A DNA stretch of 64,000 bases, from positions 1,558-65,557 of the forward strand of contig CANKJN010000001.1 in NCBI GenBank assembly GCA_947482345.1, written 5' to 3'. This DNA is from Spartobacteria bacterium. Lineage in GTDB: Bacteria > Verrucomicrobiota > Verrucomicrobiia > Chthoniobacterales > UBA6821. The notes below the pieces were generated by a model, which was not told where the DNA came from, did not search any database, and saw nothing but the letters and a program-made list of their open reading frames with translations. Below are positions 45,336-56,955 of this stretch, in pieces. The stretch's first letter is position 1. Each line of letters starts with the position of its first letter. The position numbers and the translations under genes were made by a program.

Positions 45336-45940
45336 GGCTCCGCGATGAAGGTGGCCGTCGTCGGAAGATCTCCGGCGTGGCGGGCACGGGGCTCGCGCAC
45401 CTCGGTATTGCCCTCGGTGGGGATGGTGACGAAGGGGCCGCCGGCAAGCGGGGCCACCTCGGTGAAGGCCACCTCGGGAACATCGGTCGGGATGCCCTCG
45501 AGGGGGAACTCCTTGCGGAGCGGATGGTAGGGATAACCCTCCCACATCAGGATGCGGCGGAGGTCGGGATGGTTGCGGAACTTGATTCCCATGAGATCCC
45601 ACACCTCGCGCTCATGCCAGTTGGCCGTGGCCCAGATGTCGGTGACGGAGTCGACTTCGGCCTCCTCCTCGGAGGTTGTGCACTTGAGTCGCAGGTGGGC
45701 CTTCTTGGCGATCGAGTAGAGTTCGTAGACCACCTCGAAGCGGGGATGGCTGCCGTAATGGTCGACGCTGCAGATATCGAGCAACATGTCGTAGCCAAGG
45801 AAGTCACGGCAGAAGAGGGCGATCTCGTGCAGGCGCGTGGAATGGAGCGAGATGGTGGTCTCGCCGCGGAACTCCTTGCGGTCGAAGACATCGGGGGCAA
45901 AGTCCCCCTCCAGCTTGAGGGCGTCGGCGGCGGCGCTCAT
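45332..45940 (-). CDS. nuoC: NADH-quinone oxidoreductase subunit C
   Basis: 202 aa. [37 protein letters not shown]. 4-nt overlap with nuoB. Confidence 0.93.
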   Translation of the reverse strand: MSAAADALKLEGDFAPDVFDRKEFRGETTISLHSTRLHEIALFCRDFLGYDMLLDICSVDHYGSHPRFEVVYELYSIAKKAHLRLKCTTSEEEAEVDSVTDIWATANWHEREVWDLMGIKFRNHPDLRRILMWEGYPYHPLRKEFPLEGIPTDVPEVAFTEVAPLAGGPFVTIPTEGNTEVREPRARHAGDLPTTATFIAEP

Positions 45941-46500
45941 CGGAGGGACTCCAGCAGGGCGCGCTTCTGGTCGAGCACGGAATGTTCGGTCATGAGTTTG
46001 TTCTGAAGCTTCATCAGGCCGTCAAGCAGGGCCTCGGGGCGGGGAGGGCATCCGGAGATGTAGACATCGACGGGGATGATCTGGTCGACCCCCTGGAGCG
46101 TCGCGTAGCTGCGATACATCCCGCCGGAGGAGGCGCAGGCACCCATCGCGATCACCCACTTGGGCTCGGGCATCTGCTCGTAGATGCGCTTCACGGAAAG
46201 GGCCATCTTGTAGGTCACCGTGCCGGCGACGATCATCACGTCGGACTGGCGTGGAGAGAAGCGCATCACCTCGGCGCCGAATCGGGAGATGTCGAAGCGG
46301 GAGGAGGAGGCGGCCATGAGCTCGATGGCGCAGCAGGCGAGGCCCATCGGCATCGGCCAGAGCGAGTTCTTTCGCATCCAGTTGATGGCGGCGTCGAGCT
46401 TGGTGATGATGATGTTTCCCTCGATCTTGGAATCGAACGCCATCGGGGTCGAAACGGGCGTCGCATGGGGATGCATGGTGGGCACAGTAGCCGTGGACAT
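45937..46500 (-). CDS. nuoB: NADH-quinone oxidoreductase subunit B
   Basis: 187 aa. [40 protein letters not shown]. Confidence 0.95.
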   Translation of the reverse strand: MSTATVPTMHPHATPVSTPMAFDSKIEGNIIITKLDAAINWMRKNSLWPMPMGLACCAIELMAASSSRFDISRFGAEVMRFSPRQSDVMIVAGTVTYKMALSVKRIYEQMPEPKWVIAMGACASSGGMYRSYATLQGVDQIIPVDVYISGCPPRPEALLDGLMKLQNKLMTEHSVLDQKRALLESLR

Positions 46501-46623
46501 AGTGAGAGAAGACTATAAGAGAGACTTTCTGGAACAAGACGAAAACCGCCCAAGATGCGGTTTGGTAGTTGGTAGATGGAAGTTAGTAGTTTGGGGTCAA
46601 TGTTAAATCGTTGGTTTAAGGAA

Positions 46624-46677
46624 GCGCTGATTAAATCCCCTAAAGGCTTCTCTGCGATTAAATCAGCGATTCCCTAG
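46624..46677. repeat. Hairpin CGCTGATTAAATC / GATTAAATCAGCG carrying the dispersed CTAGGGAA-NN-GCTGATTWAA motif
   Basis: The arms pair at 12 of 13 positions. The right arm plus flank (46656-46677) is the reverse complement of the motif also seen at 33343-33362 and 63806-63829. It is nested inside a looser inverted repeat (46566-46590 / 46674-46699). Confidence 0.55.
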
Positions 46678-46707
46678 CTTCCAGCTTCCAGCTACAAGCT
46701 CCTTACT

Positions 46708-47574
46708 ATGTACACGCACCTCTGGTCCCGTATCTCCTCCGTGAAATGGGAGGACTCTTGGATCGAGCGGCTCCGGTTTGCAGGAGAGCAGAATCTGGTC
46801 ATCAAGAAATTCCCCGCTTCCCGATCGATACGACTCGATCTCTACACCAACGCGACCACCGCCAAAAAACTGAAGTCGGCATTCGGCGGCACCGTGCGTC
46901 CCTTCGACGCGGCGGGATGGCAGCCCCCTGCTCCGAAAATCACCGATCCGCTCCGCGTCGCGGGCCAACTCCGCATCTACCGCGACCGGGAGCTTTTCAA
47001 GAAAGAGAGGGCGACTGGCAAAGGACTTCCGCTACTGATCCCAAGCGGCATGGCCTTCGGCACCGGTGACCACGCCACCACGGCCCGATGCCTCCAGTTG
47101 CTCGTGGAGGCAGCAGCCCCGCTCCGTGCCGCCGGCGGGAAGTGGTCAATGATCGACCTCGGATGCGGTTCGGGGATCCTGGCACTCGCCGCCGAAAAAC
47201 TCGGTGCCGGGAAGATCCTTGGCTGCGACTTCGACGAAGCCTGCGTCCGCATCTCCAAGGAGAATGCCCTGCTCAACAAGCTCCCCCTCGCACAATTCCT
47301 CAAGGCCGATGTGCTGCGCTGGAAGCCTCCGGGGAAGAAAGAAGCCCACGACATCGTTGCGGCAAATCTCTACTCGACCATCCTCACCGCCGCTTCCGTG
47401 ATGATCGTGGAAGCGATCAAGCCCGGCGGCGTCCTGATTCTCTCCGGCATTCTCGCGGTGGAGGAGAAGACAATCGTCGACACCTTCTCCTCCCTCCGCC
47501 ATGTGAAGACCCTGAAGCGGGGCAAATGGGCGGCCATCATGCTCCGCAAGGGTGGCGGGCGGACGCCGCGCTAA
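46708..47574 (+). CDS. prmA: Ribosomal protein L11 methyltransferase
   Basis: 288 aa. GMAFGTGDHATTARCLQLL, DLGCGSGILALAAEKLGA, ANLYS. Confidence 0.9.
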   Translation: MYTHLWSRISSVKWEDSWIERLRFAGEQNLVIKKFPASRSIRLDLYTNATTAKKLKSAFGGTVRPFDAAGWQPPAPKITDPLRVAGQLRIYRDRELFKKERATGKGLPLLIPSGMAFGTGDHATTARCLQLLVEAAAPLRAAGGKWSMIDLGCGSGILALAAEKLGAGKILGCDFDEACVRISKENALLNKLPLAQFLKADVLRWKPPGKKEAHDIVAANLYSTILTAASVMIVEAIKPGGVLILSGILAVEEKTIVDTFSSLRHVKTLKRGKWAAIMLRKGGGRTPR

Positions 47575-47586
47575 ATCAGCAGAGGT

Positions 47587-48069
47587 CTAGTGATGGTGGC
47601 CGCCGGGGCCGTGTACATGCCCGTGGGCGATTTCTTCGGCGGTCGCGGCGCGGACTTCACGGACCGTGATGTCGAAGTGGAGAGTCATCCCGGCCAGCGG
47701 ATGGTTTCCGTCGAGCGTCACCTTGTCCCCCTCGATCTTGGAGACGACGACGATCTGCTCTCCCTCGTCGTTGGAGGCTTCCAACTGCATTCCCTCCTCC
47801 AGATCTTCGCCACCCTCGATCTGATCCGCAGAAACTACGGCGATCTTTGCGGGGTCGGGGAGCCCATAGCCTTCCCCGGGTGAGACGCTGACTTGAAAGG
47901 AATCACCAGCCTTCTTCCCTTCCATCACTTTTTCCAATCCCTTCACGATCTGTCCCTCGCCATGTAGGTAGGCGAGAGGGCCTCCATCCTTGGAGGAGTC
48001 GATGATTTCTTTGTCGTCGTCGGTGAGGGTGTAGTCGAAGAGGACGACGGAGCCTTTGGTGATGTTCAT
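47587..48069 (-). CDS. slyD: FKBP-type peptidyl-prolyl isomerase SlyD-like with His-rich tail
   Basis: Start at MNITKGSVVLFDYTLTDDD. IF-domain insertion. C-terminus AHGHVHGPGGHHH. Confidence 0.88.
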   Translation of the reverse strand: MNITKGSVVLFDYTLTDDDKEIIDSSKDGGPLAYLHGEGQIVKGLEKVMEGKKAGDSFQVSVSPGEGYGLPDPAKIAVVSADQIEGGEDLEEGMQLEASNDEGEQIVVVSKIEGDKVTLDGNHPLAGMTLHFDITVREVRAATAEEIAHGHVHGPGGHHH

Positions 48070-48191
48070 AGGAAAAGGAAAGGGGTGAATAGTTAGAAGT
48101 GAACGCGCGTTAGCCGGCATACGTATCCCGCAAGAAGGGGTGATTGAACGCGAAGGAAGCGATTAGGGCAAGGGTAGCGATGGAAGGGGCT

Positions 48192-48539
48192 TCAATGCCT
48201 CTTCCTGCTCAGCATGATTTCATTCCCTTCGGGATCGGTGCACATGGCCAGATGAGGTGGTTCCCCGTTCTCCGGTTGAGGTTCGCGGAGAAGTTGGCCG
48301 CCTGCAGCGACGATCTCCGCAGCTCCTGTCAGGACATCGGGCACCTGGAAACTCAAGCCTGTCCAGGTGCGCTTTCCTTCCCCTCCACCATGGATGCCGA
48401 TGATGCCGTCGCAGATGGAGACTTCGCTAATCACCTCATTCTGTTTGATCACGGCACCCCCGAAGACGTCGGTGTAGAATTTCACGGCGCGGTTCATGTC
48501 TGCTGCCCAGATGATGTACTTGAGTCGCTCGACTTTCAT
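48192..48539 (-). CDS. VOC/glyoxalase-family protein
   Basis: 115 aa. YIIWAADMNRAVKFYTDVFGG ... CTDPEGNEIML. Confidence 0.8.
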   Translation of the reverse strand: MKVERLKYIIWAADMNRAVKFYTDVFGGAVIKQNEVISEVSICDGIIGIHGGGEGKRTWTGLSFQVPDVLTGAAEIVAAGGQLLREPQPENGEPPHLAMCTDPEGNEIMLSRKRH

Positions 48540-48570
48540 GCGGTCGTGATGGGATTTGATCAGGGATTCC

Positions 48571-48720
48571 TCAGGCCTTCGTGTAAACCTCCGCGCCCTG
48601 CTTCACGAACTCGGCGGACTTCTCCTCCATCCCCTTCTTGAGGGCTTCTTCCTCGGAGAGGTTTTGGGCGGCGGCGTATTTGCGGACGTCCTCGCTGATA
48701 TTGACGCCGTCGATGCCCAT
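48571..48720 (-). pseudogene. Relic or duplicate of a thiC 3' end (last 42 codons or so)
   Basis: [42 protein letters not shown] is colinear with the C-terminus of the adjacent ThiC ([42 protein letters not shown]). Upstream of it there is no ThiC-like sequence in this frame. Confidence 0.45.
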
Positions 48721-48800
48721 CGACGGCGCCCTTCGGGCCCACCTTCGGTGGCTCTGACTCGGCCGTTCCCAACGGCCTCGGCTCATCGGATCAATGCGCA

Positions 48801-50966
<2,166 letters not shown>

Positions 50967-51031
50967 TGTCACCGAGCATACGGGGGCTCCTCGGCGGGTC
51001 AATAGGGGAGTGTGACCGCAGAGTGAGGTTT

Positions 51032-52708
51032 TTAACCGACGGGGGGTATCTTGAGCTTGTAGTCCCTGTCGAGATCCTCCGCAGGGAGAGGCTGGCTTTC
51101 CGACTCAGGGATGAGGACTTGGACATAGGCCGCCCCGTCGTGCTTCTCGATTTTGGCGAGGACTTCCTCGAGTTCGGCAACGGTGCCGACCTTGGCCGAA
51201 AGCCATCCCTTACATCCGAAAGCCTCCGGGAGAAGGTGGTAGTTCAGCTTGGCCAGATCGTCGTAGAGGTGGCCGCGCTCGCTGACCATGTCCTCGACGC
51301 CGTAGATGTCGTTATTCAGGACGAAGATCACGGGCTTGATTCCGTAGCGGCCCATCACCCCGAGTTCATTGAGCGTGAGCTGGTGGGAGCCGTCGCCGGT
51401 GACCATCCAGGTGCGACCGCTCTTCTTACCCATGCAAACGCCTAGGGTTGCAGGAGTTCCCCAGCCGATCGAGCCCCAGAGCCCTTGCCCCTCGGCCTCG
51501 ACCCCCTCGGTAAGCAGCATGCCGTTGAGATGGAACATGCAGGTGCCGGTCTCGATGACTAGCGTGTCCCCGGATTTGAGAAGACGCTGGAGGCGGGGAT
51601 AAAAGGTAGAGGATGAGAGTGTGTCTGACCCGGTGCCCTTGACAGGAAGCAAGGCCTTTTCCGAAACAACTGACTCGGTTCGGGGCGTCACCCTGGAGAG
51701 GAGTGCGTCGATCACATCTTCGATCGCCGTGTTCGCGAAGACCTTGTCCCCGAGTTGAACGTGATTGTCCCGGATCGAGACGACCCTCGAAGGGTCGAGA
51801 TCGTCGGAAAAGAGGCCGGTGTTGAGTTCGGCGGGGATCATTCCCCCGATGTCGAGCACGAGGTCGGCCCCCTCGATGACCTGCTTGACGGAGGAGGGGG
51901 TGGACATCTTCCCGTTGTAGAGCCCGATGTGCTGCGGCATCGATTCGTCGAGAACCCCCTTGTCGCAAGGAGTGACCGCAGCGGGGAGATTGATCTTTTT
52001 GACGAGTTCGCGGGCTTTGTCACGGATTCCGTAGCGGGCAGTAAGGGCTGTGACGAGCGCGACGGGATTCTTTGCCTTTTCAAGCCTCGCCATGATGGAG
52101 GTTACAGAGGCCTCGAGTTCGGCGGGGGCGCTCTGTTGGCGCTTGATTTGCCCGATGGGTTTGCCGGTGACTGGAGTGCCGACCAGAGGAGTGTACCCGG
52201 AGAGCTCCGAGATCACGATGTAGGCGGGCTTGCTCTGGCGCAGCGCCTCGCGGATCGCACGTTCGAGTTCGTCGATGCAGTTGTCCGGCGTCAGGATGGC
52301 GGTCACACAGGCGGCGGCACCCGAAATCGCGATGAATCGGTCGTAGTTAGTGTCGCCGAGGTTGTGATGGGTGATGAGTGCCTGCCTCTGGATGCGTTCG
52401 CTCGGCATTCCAACCAGGTGAAAGACGGGCAGTCGGTGGGCCAGGCTCCCCATGACACCGTTGATCGCGGAGAGTTCGCCCACGCCGTAGGTCGTGGTGA
52501 GGATCGCCGCCCCACGGACGCGGGCATAGCCGTCGGCGGCATACGCGGCGTTCAGTTCATTCGCACAGACGACCCATTCAAGTCCGGGGACATTCTCGGC
52601 GGCATCGTCGATAGAGAACGCGTAATCTCCGGGAACTCCGAAAATTTTGTCGATGTCGAGCTGGGAAAGACGGGTGAGGACGTATTCTGCAACGGTTGGT
52701 GTTGTCAT
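51032..52708 (-). CDS. TPP-dependent 2-keto-acid decarboxylase (indolepyruvate/pyruvate decarboxylase family)
   Basis: Start at MTTPTVAEYVLTRLSQLDIDKIFGVPGDYAF. GYARVRG. TPP motif GDGSHQLTLNELGVMGRYGIKPVIFVLNNDIYGVE. The first 28 codons of the track ORF are riboswitch sequence. Confidence 0.88.
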   Translation of the reverse strand: MTTPTVAEYVLTRLSQLDIDKIFGVPGDYAFSIDDAAENVPGLEWVVCANELNAAYAADGYARVRGAAILTTTYGVGELSAINGVMGSLAHRLPVFHLVGMPSERIQRQALITHHNLGDTNYDRFIAISGAAACVTAILTPDNCIDELERAIREALRQSKPAYIVISELSGYTPLVGTPVTGKPIGQIKRQQSAPAELEASVTSIMARLEKAKNPVALVTALTARYGIRDKARELVKKINLPAAVTPCDKGVLDESMPQHIGLYNGKMSTPSSVKQVIEGADLVLDIGGMIPAELNTGLFSDDLDPSRVVSIRDNHVQLGDKVFANTAIEDVIDALLSRVTPRTESVVSEKALLPVKGTGSDTLSSSTFYPRLQRLLKSGDTLVIETGTCMFHLNGMLLTEGVEAEGQGLWGSIGWGTPATLGVCMGKKSGRTWMVTGDGSHQLTLNELGVMGRYGIKPVIFVLNNDIYGVEDMVSERGHLYDDLAKLNYHLLPEAFGCKGWLSAKVGTVAELEEVLAKIEKHDGAAYVQVLIPESESQPLPAEDLDRDYKLKIPPVG

Positions 52709-52747
52709 GGGTGGTGTGGATTTAAACACTTGAGAGAAGATGCCAAA

Positions 52748-52845
52748 GCCTGAGTCTTCTCCCTTCGACGGCATTACCCGTGTCAGGTTCAAAGGGTCGT
52801 CCGGTTGATGTTACGGACCTCTCAGCCGGCTGGCTCCCCCGCATG
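52748..52845 (-). promoter_or_regulatory. TPP (THI-box) riboswitch aptamer, copy 2 (leader of the decarboxylase gene)
   Basis: 98 of 98 nt identical to 50869-50966 (compared base by base). It is followed by a different 39-nt linker with no terminator hairpin/T-tract before the ATG at 52708. Confidence 0.9.
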
Positions 52846-53112
52846 CATCATCAGAATAGGCGCCTTCGGCTTTGGGTCAACGCTCCATGCTGATTCCCGG
52901 CACGGGTCTTTTTGGTCAACTGGTCGCATCCGGCCGGGGAGAGTGGTGTCTTGGGGCGACAAGGATCGCTATCGAAGGAAGGGTTTTTTGAAGGAAGGAG
53001 CAGGAGTCGCGGCTGAGTTCCGTGTTTTTTACTCTCTATGTGCCTGCGATCCCCTCACCACCTGGGTGAACATGGCTTCTCTGCAAGCCGGATTTCACTG
53101 CAAAACCTGGCT

Positions 53113-53778
53113 TCAACCCAGGGTCAGGGTCGCCAGCATCCTTCCGGTCATTCCTTTCTCGCGGCGGTACGAATAGTAGCGCTCCGGATGACATGCCGTG
53201 CAGATTTCCTCGTCATGGATTTCCAAAACCCCTTCCCCTTCGGCCTGTCTGCGGATCTCCGCGGCGAAATCGATCTCGTAGCAGGGGGGGCGGATGCAGG
53301 GGCCGATGGTCACGCTCAGTCCAGAGGGAGGCAATCCGGTTCGCGCGCAGAGTTCGCGGATCCCTCTCGGAACGATGCCCGATTCGGTCCCCTTTTTTCC
53401 CGAATGCAGGAGGGCTCCTGCGGAGCCGTCCCGGGCGACGATCCAGACGGGGGCGCAGTCGGCGACCGAAATCCCGAGCGTGATGCCGCGGGTCATGGTC
53501 AGCAGGCCATCGACGCCTGGAATCGGCTTTACCGAGGGTTCCTCGACGATGGCAATCTCCGCCCCGTGGATCTGCTCGGCGGTGACCAAGGGGTGACTGG
53601 CGAGTCCCTGCTCCGCGAGTAACCTGCGTTGATGCGGCGCCAGTGCCGCCATCGCAGCATCGCGCTCAAGGTTGACCCCAATGCCGGGTATCCGCCCGAT
53701 GAATCGCGCGTCGACCCGTGAAGCCGATTCGTGAACCGAGATCGGGACGACCGCCACGGTGGGATGGTTTTCGCTCAA
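53113..53778 (-). CDS. pgeF: YfiH/PgeF (DUF152, laccase-domain) family protein
   Basis: 221 aa. VADCAPVWIV, LLHSGKKGT, IGPCIRPPCYEI. 4-nt overlap with the tolC-like gene. Confidence 0.85.
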   Translation of the reverse strand: MSENHPTVAVVPISVHESASRVDARFIGRIPGIGVNLERDAAMAALAPHQRRLLAEQGLASHPLVTAEQIHGAEIAIVEEPSVKPIPGVDGLLTMTRGITLGISVADCAPVWIVARDGSAGALLHSGKKGTESGIVPRGIRELCARTGLPPSGLSVTIGPCIRPPCYEIDFAAEIRRQAEGEGVLEIHDEEICTACHPERYYSYRREKGMTGRMLATLTLG

Positions 53779-55814
53779 TCGACGGGTTTCTTGTCGTTCC
53801 CGTTGGTCTTCTTGGAGGACTTGCCTTTGGCCTTCGGGTCCAAGGGCTGCTCCTGCTTTCGCACGGTGGAGCTCTTGATCAGATCGTCGAACTTCACTCC
53901 CGGCGGCAGGGGATCATCCTTCCGCATCGATCTCGGAAGCTGGGGACGGGCGCGGTTCTCCGCATTGAGTGACTGATAGCGAGCTTTCTCCCATTTGTTG
54001 AGGGGATCGTCGAAGAGTTCCTCGTACTGCGTGTGAAGCGAGAGGGCGCGGTCGTATTCAGCGGTCGCGGAGATGTATTGGAAGAGAGCGGAAAGAACAG
54101 AGGTCTGGGCCTGGAGGAGCTGGACCTGTGCATTGATCACGTCAAGCTGGACGCCGGCGCCTGCATCGAGCCGCTCGCGGGAGAGTCTCAGGGCCTCGGC
54201 CGCCTGTTCCACAGTGGCTCTCTGGCTCTCGATGGTTTCCTTGGCCTGCTGGAGGTTGGAGATCGCTGTCTGGACCTCGGTGACCACGCCGCGGACGGAG
54301 TTGTCATAGGAGATCTTGGCACTCTGCATGGTTGCCTTGGCCTGCTTGACCGCGCCGTAAGTGGCCAGGCCGTCAAAGATCGCCCAGCTGCCAGTGGCCC
54401 CGAAGAACCATCCCTCGATGGTCTCCGAGAGGCTCTGGTCATACTTGTAGCTCTGGATCTGATAGCCGCCATTGGCATTGATCGTCGGGAGCCAGCCCGA
54501 GATGGCCGCGGTCACCTGCTTCGCCGTGACCAGAATGTTGGAGCGTTGGGCCTTGAGCGAGGGGTTGCGCTGAAGAGCCGTGTGGATCGAGGCGTTCTCG
54601 TCGATCTTGCGGGGGTAGTATCCGAGCTCCCCGTTGACATCGAAGGGGATCTTCACGTTCTGGATGTTCGGATAGTCCATGCCGATCAGCTGGACGAGTC
54701 GGAACAGGGAAACGCGGAGGTTGTTTTCGGCGGCGATGAACGGAGGCATGGCGTTGGCCATCTGGACCTGCGCCTGAAGGACATTGAAGCGGGGAACGGT
54801 GCCTGCATCGTAACGACTCTGCTGGTCGGTGACTTGGGTGCTGTAGAGCGCCACCTGCTGCTCGTTCGCGATGACAAGGGCGCGGTTCAGGACGACCTGG
54901 TAGAACTGCCGCACCACGTCCGCCACCACGCGGTCGATGGTTTGGCGGAGTTGGAAATAGGCGATCTGTTCGGAGAGCTTGGCCGCTTCCGTAAGGGAGG
55001 GGGTCTTCCATCCGTCGTAGAGAAGCTGGGTACCCTGGAAGTTGATGTTCCATGCCTGGTTGACCTGAACGCTGGGGATTCCACCGCTACTGCCGTATCC
55101 GGGAGGCGTCTGACCGTTCTGGATCTGGGGATCGAGCCATGTGTATCCCGGTTGGACATTGAGCTTCGGAAGGAGGCCGGCGCGGACGTTGATGTAGTTG
55201 CCTGAGGCTCGCTGGATGTTCTGGACGGCGGTCAGGATATCGGGATTGTGTGCCAGGGCATACTGGACCACTTCATCGACATTCATCCTCTTGGCATCCT
55301 TCGCGATGACGCCGGGGACGATCTTGTTGCCTGCTTTGGCAAGGGCCTCCGCCGTCAGGGGCACGTCCTTGACGAGCTTCATGATCTTGTCGATCAGCCC
55401 GAAATAATTGGTCGTAGGGGTGGGCAGAGGGATGGGCCCTGTCGTCGTTTCAGGGAGGGGTGCCGGGAGTGATTCCGGAGTGATCGGGTTGGTGATCAGC
55501 GGGGCGGTCGGGAGATCGGGGGCCGGGAGAGACGGGAGGTTGGTGAAGCTGTTCGTGCCTGCATTCAGTCCCTCGGGGGGGGCCGGGGGATTGGTGGCAA
55601 GTTCGGGGAGCACCGACGCTCCGGTCGGGGATAGGTCGGAAGAGGAGGGAAGGTTGGTCGCCCCGATCGGGAGATTCGTTCCCGCCTCGACGGGGGGCTG
55701 AGATCCCACCGAGATCCCTTGGATACTGGCGTCGTTAGCGGCCGGTTGCTGAGCGACAAGGGCCATGGAAAGCCCTGCCCAGAGAGCAGCAAGAAGGAAA
55801 GCGGGATGTTTCAT
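53775..55814 (-). CDS. TolC-family outer-membrane channel with Pro/Thr-rich N-terminal extension
   Basis: Start at MKHPAFLLAALWAG, in an ATGA overlap with the marR stop. About 150 aa of TNLP/Pro-rich low complexity, then two OEP-type repeats with coiled coils. Confidence 0.85.
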   Translation of the reverse strand: MKHPAFLLAALWAGLSMALVAQQPAANDASIQGISVGSQPPVEAGTNLPIGATNLPSSSDLSPTGASVLPELATNPPAPPEGLNAGTNSFTNLPSLPAPDLPTAPLITNPITPESLPAPLPETTTGPIPLPTPTTNYFGLIDKIMKLVKDVPLTAEALAKAGNKIVPGVIAKDAKRMNVDEVVQYALAHNPDILTAVQNIQRASGNYINVRAGLLPKLNVQPGYTWLDPQIQNGQTPPGYGSSGGIPSVQVNQAWNINFQGTQLLYDGWKTPSLTEAAKLSEQIAYFQLRQTIDRVVADVVRQFYQVVLNRALVIANEQQVALYSTQVTDQQSRYDAGTVPRFNVLQAQVQMANAMPPFIAAENNLRVSLFRLVQLIGMDYPNIQNVKIPFDVNGELGYYPRKIDENASIHTALQRNPSLKAQRSNILVTAKQVTAAISGWLPTINANGGYQIQSYKYDQSLSETIEGWFFGATGSWAIFDGLATYGAVKQAKATMQSAKISYDNSVRGVVTEVQTAISNLQQAKETIESQRATVEQAAEALRLSRERLDAGAGVQLDVINAQVQLLQAQTSVLSALFQYISATAEYDRALSLHTQYEELFDDPLNKWEKARYQSLNAENRARPQLPRSMRKDDPLPPGVKFDDLIKSSTVRKQEQPLDPKAKGKSSKKTNGNDKKPVD

Positions 55815-56272
55815 CGGTGGCAAGAGGTGCAGTATTCGTGGATTTTCCGGTAAATGTCCAACCAAGCGTTTTGTTCCCCGGGATCCAGCCGGCCCATCAC
55901 CTTCTCCAGGTTGCCTATCATTTCCTGCCGGATGCCCTCGACCAGGCGCTTGCCCTTCGGGGTGGCCGCCACGGTCACCTTGCGCCGATCATCCGCTTCA
56001 TGGCTGCGCCGGACATAGCCGAGCTTTTCCAGGCGCTGGACGAGGCCTGTTGCCGCGGGGGTGCTGTGGTTCATCAGTTCCGCGATGCGACTCATGCCGG
56101 TTCCCCCCTGCGCACAGAGGTGACCCAGCAGGAAGAACTGCGGAAAGGAGACCTTTCCCCGTGCCAACTCGCCCATGAGACTCGCCATCAACCGGCGCTG
56201 CATGACCATGACGATGTCGGCGAGAGAGCCGATATCGTCATGACTGAGCGGTTGTTCCTTGGAAGGGTTCAT
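55811..56272 (-). CDS. MarR-family transcriptional regulator
   Basis: Start at MNPSKEQPLSHDD. wHTH region MSRIAELMNHSTPAATGLVQRLEKLGYVRRSHEADDRRKV. Confidence 0.85.
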   Translation of the reverse strand: MNPSKEQPLSHDDIGSLADIVMVMQRRLMASLMGELARGKVSFPQFFLLGHLCAQGGTGMSRIAELMNHSTPAATGLVQRLEKLGYVRRSHEADDRRKVTVAATPKGKRLVEGIRQEMIGNLEKVMGRLDPGEQNAWLDIYRKIHEYCTSCHR

Positions 56273-56419
56273 AGGTGGCAAGTCATTAAGGAAACTTAAG
56301 GAAAGGGCGGCCGGGAGCAGGGTTCCTGGATCCTTAATCATTAAGGTGATTAACAAAAAATGATGCTGGCGCGAAAAGGCGCTGGAGTCAATCCGGCCTA
56401 CCCACGAGCCATCTCTAGA

Positions 56420-56839
56420 TTACTGCTGGATGCGATCCCCCTGTTCCGGGTGGCCGCTGAGGATGTCGGCCACGAAGTAGGGTGGCTGGATTTCGGCCAC
56501 TTTCAGTCGGGCAGGGTCCCCGCCCGTGGCCGTGACCAGCAACTCCATGCCCGTCGCGACCATGATGCCCGCTTCCAGTTCCGCGATGACGTAGCTCCCG
56601 TCGTTGGAGAGGGTCCGTACCGTCCCGACATGGCGGAGAGGTAACGCCTTCGGAGGTGGCGTCGGTTTGGGGCGCCCCATTCCAAAGGGATGAGCGAGGG
56701 CGGAAAGAAAGCCCGTCGGCGATTTCGAAGTGCTTTGGGAGGGTTGAGCGGGCTTTGTGCGGAGGGAGCATCCGCCTGCCAGAAGCGCCAGAAGTGCCGG
56801 AAGGAGGAGAGGGAGAAGCAAATGGGGTGTCGACCTCAC
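56420..56839 (-). CDS. Hypothetical lipoprotein
   Basis: 139 aa. Signal with lipobox LLAGGC. Confidence 0.6.
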   Translation of the reverse strand: MRSTPHLLLPLLLPALLALLAGGCSLRTKPAQPSQSTSKSPTGFLSALAHPFGMGRPKPTPPPKALPLRHVGTVRTLSNDGSYVIAELEAGIMVATGMELLVTATGGDPARLKVAEIQPPYFVADILSGHPEQGDRIQQ

Positions 56840-56955
56840 CCCTCTTTATTGCTCCCGACGGGTGAGGAAATCAACACGGACCCACTGCTCCCCCGATGAT
56901 CGGGTTCCGGATGCACTTGCCCCGCGTCCTTCCAGACAGCATAAATCATCCGGTC

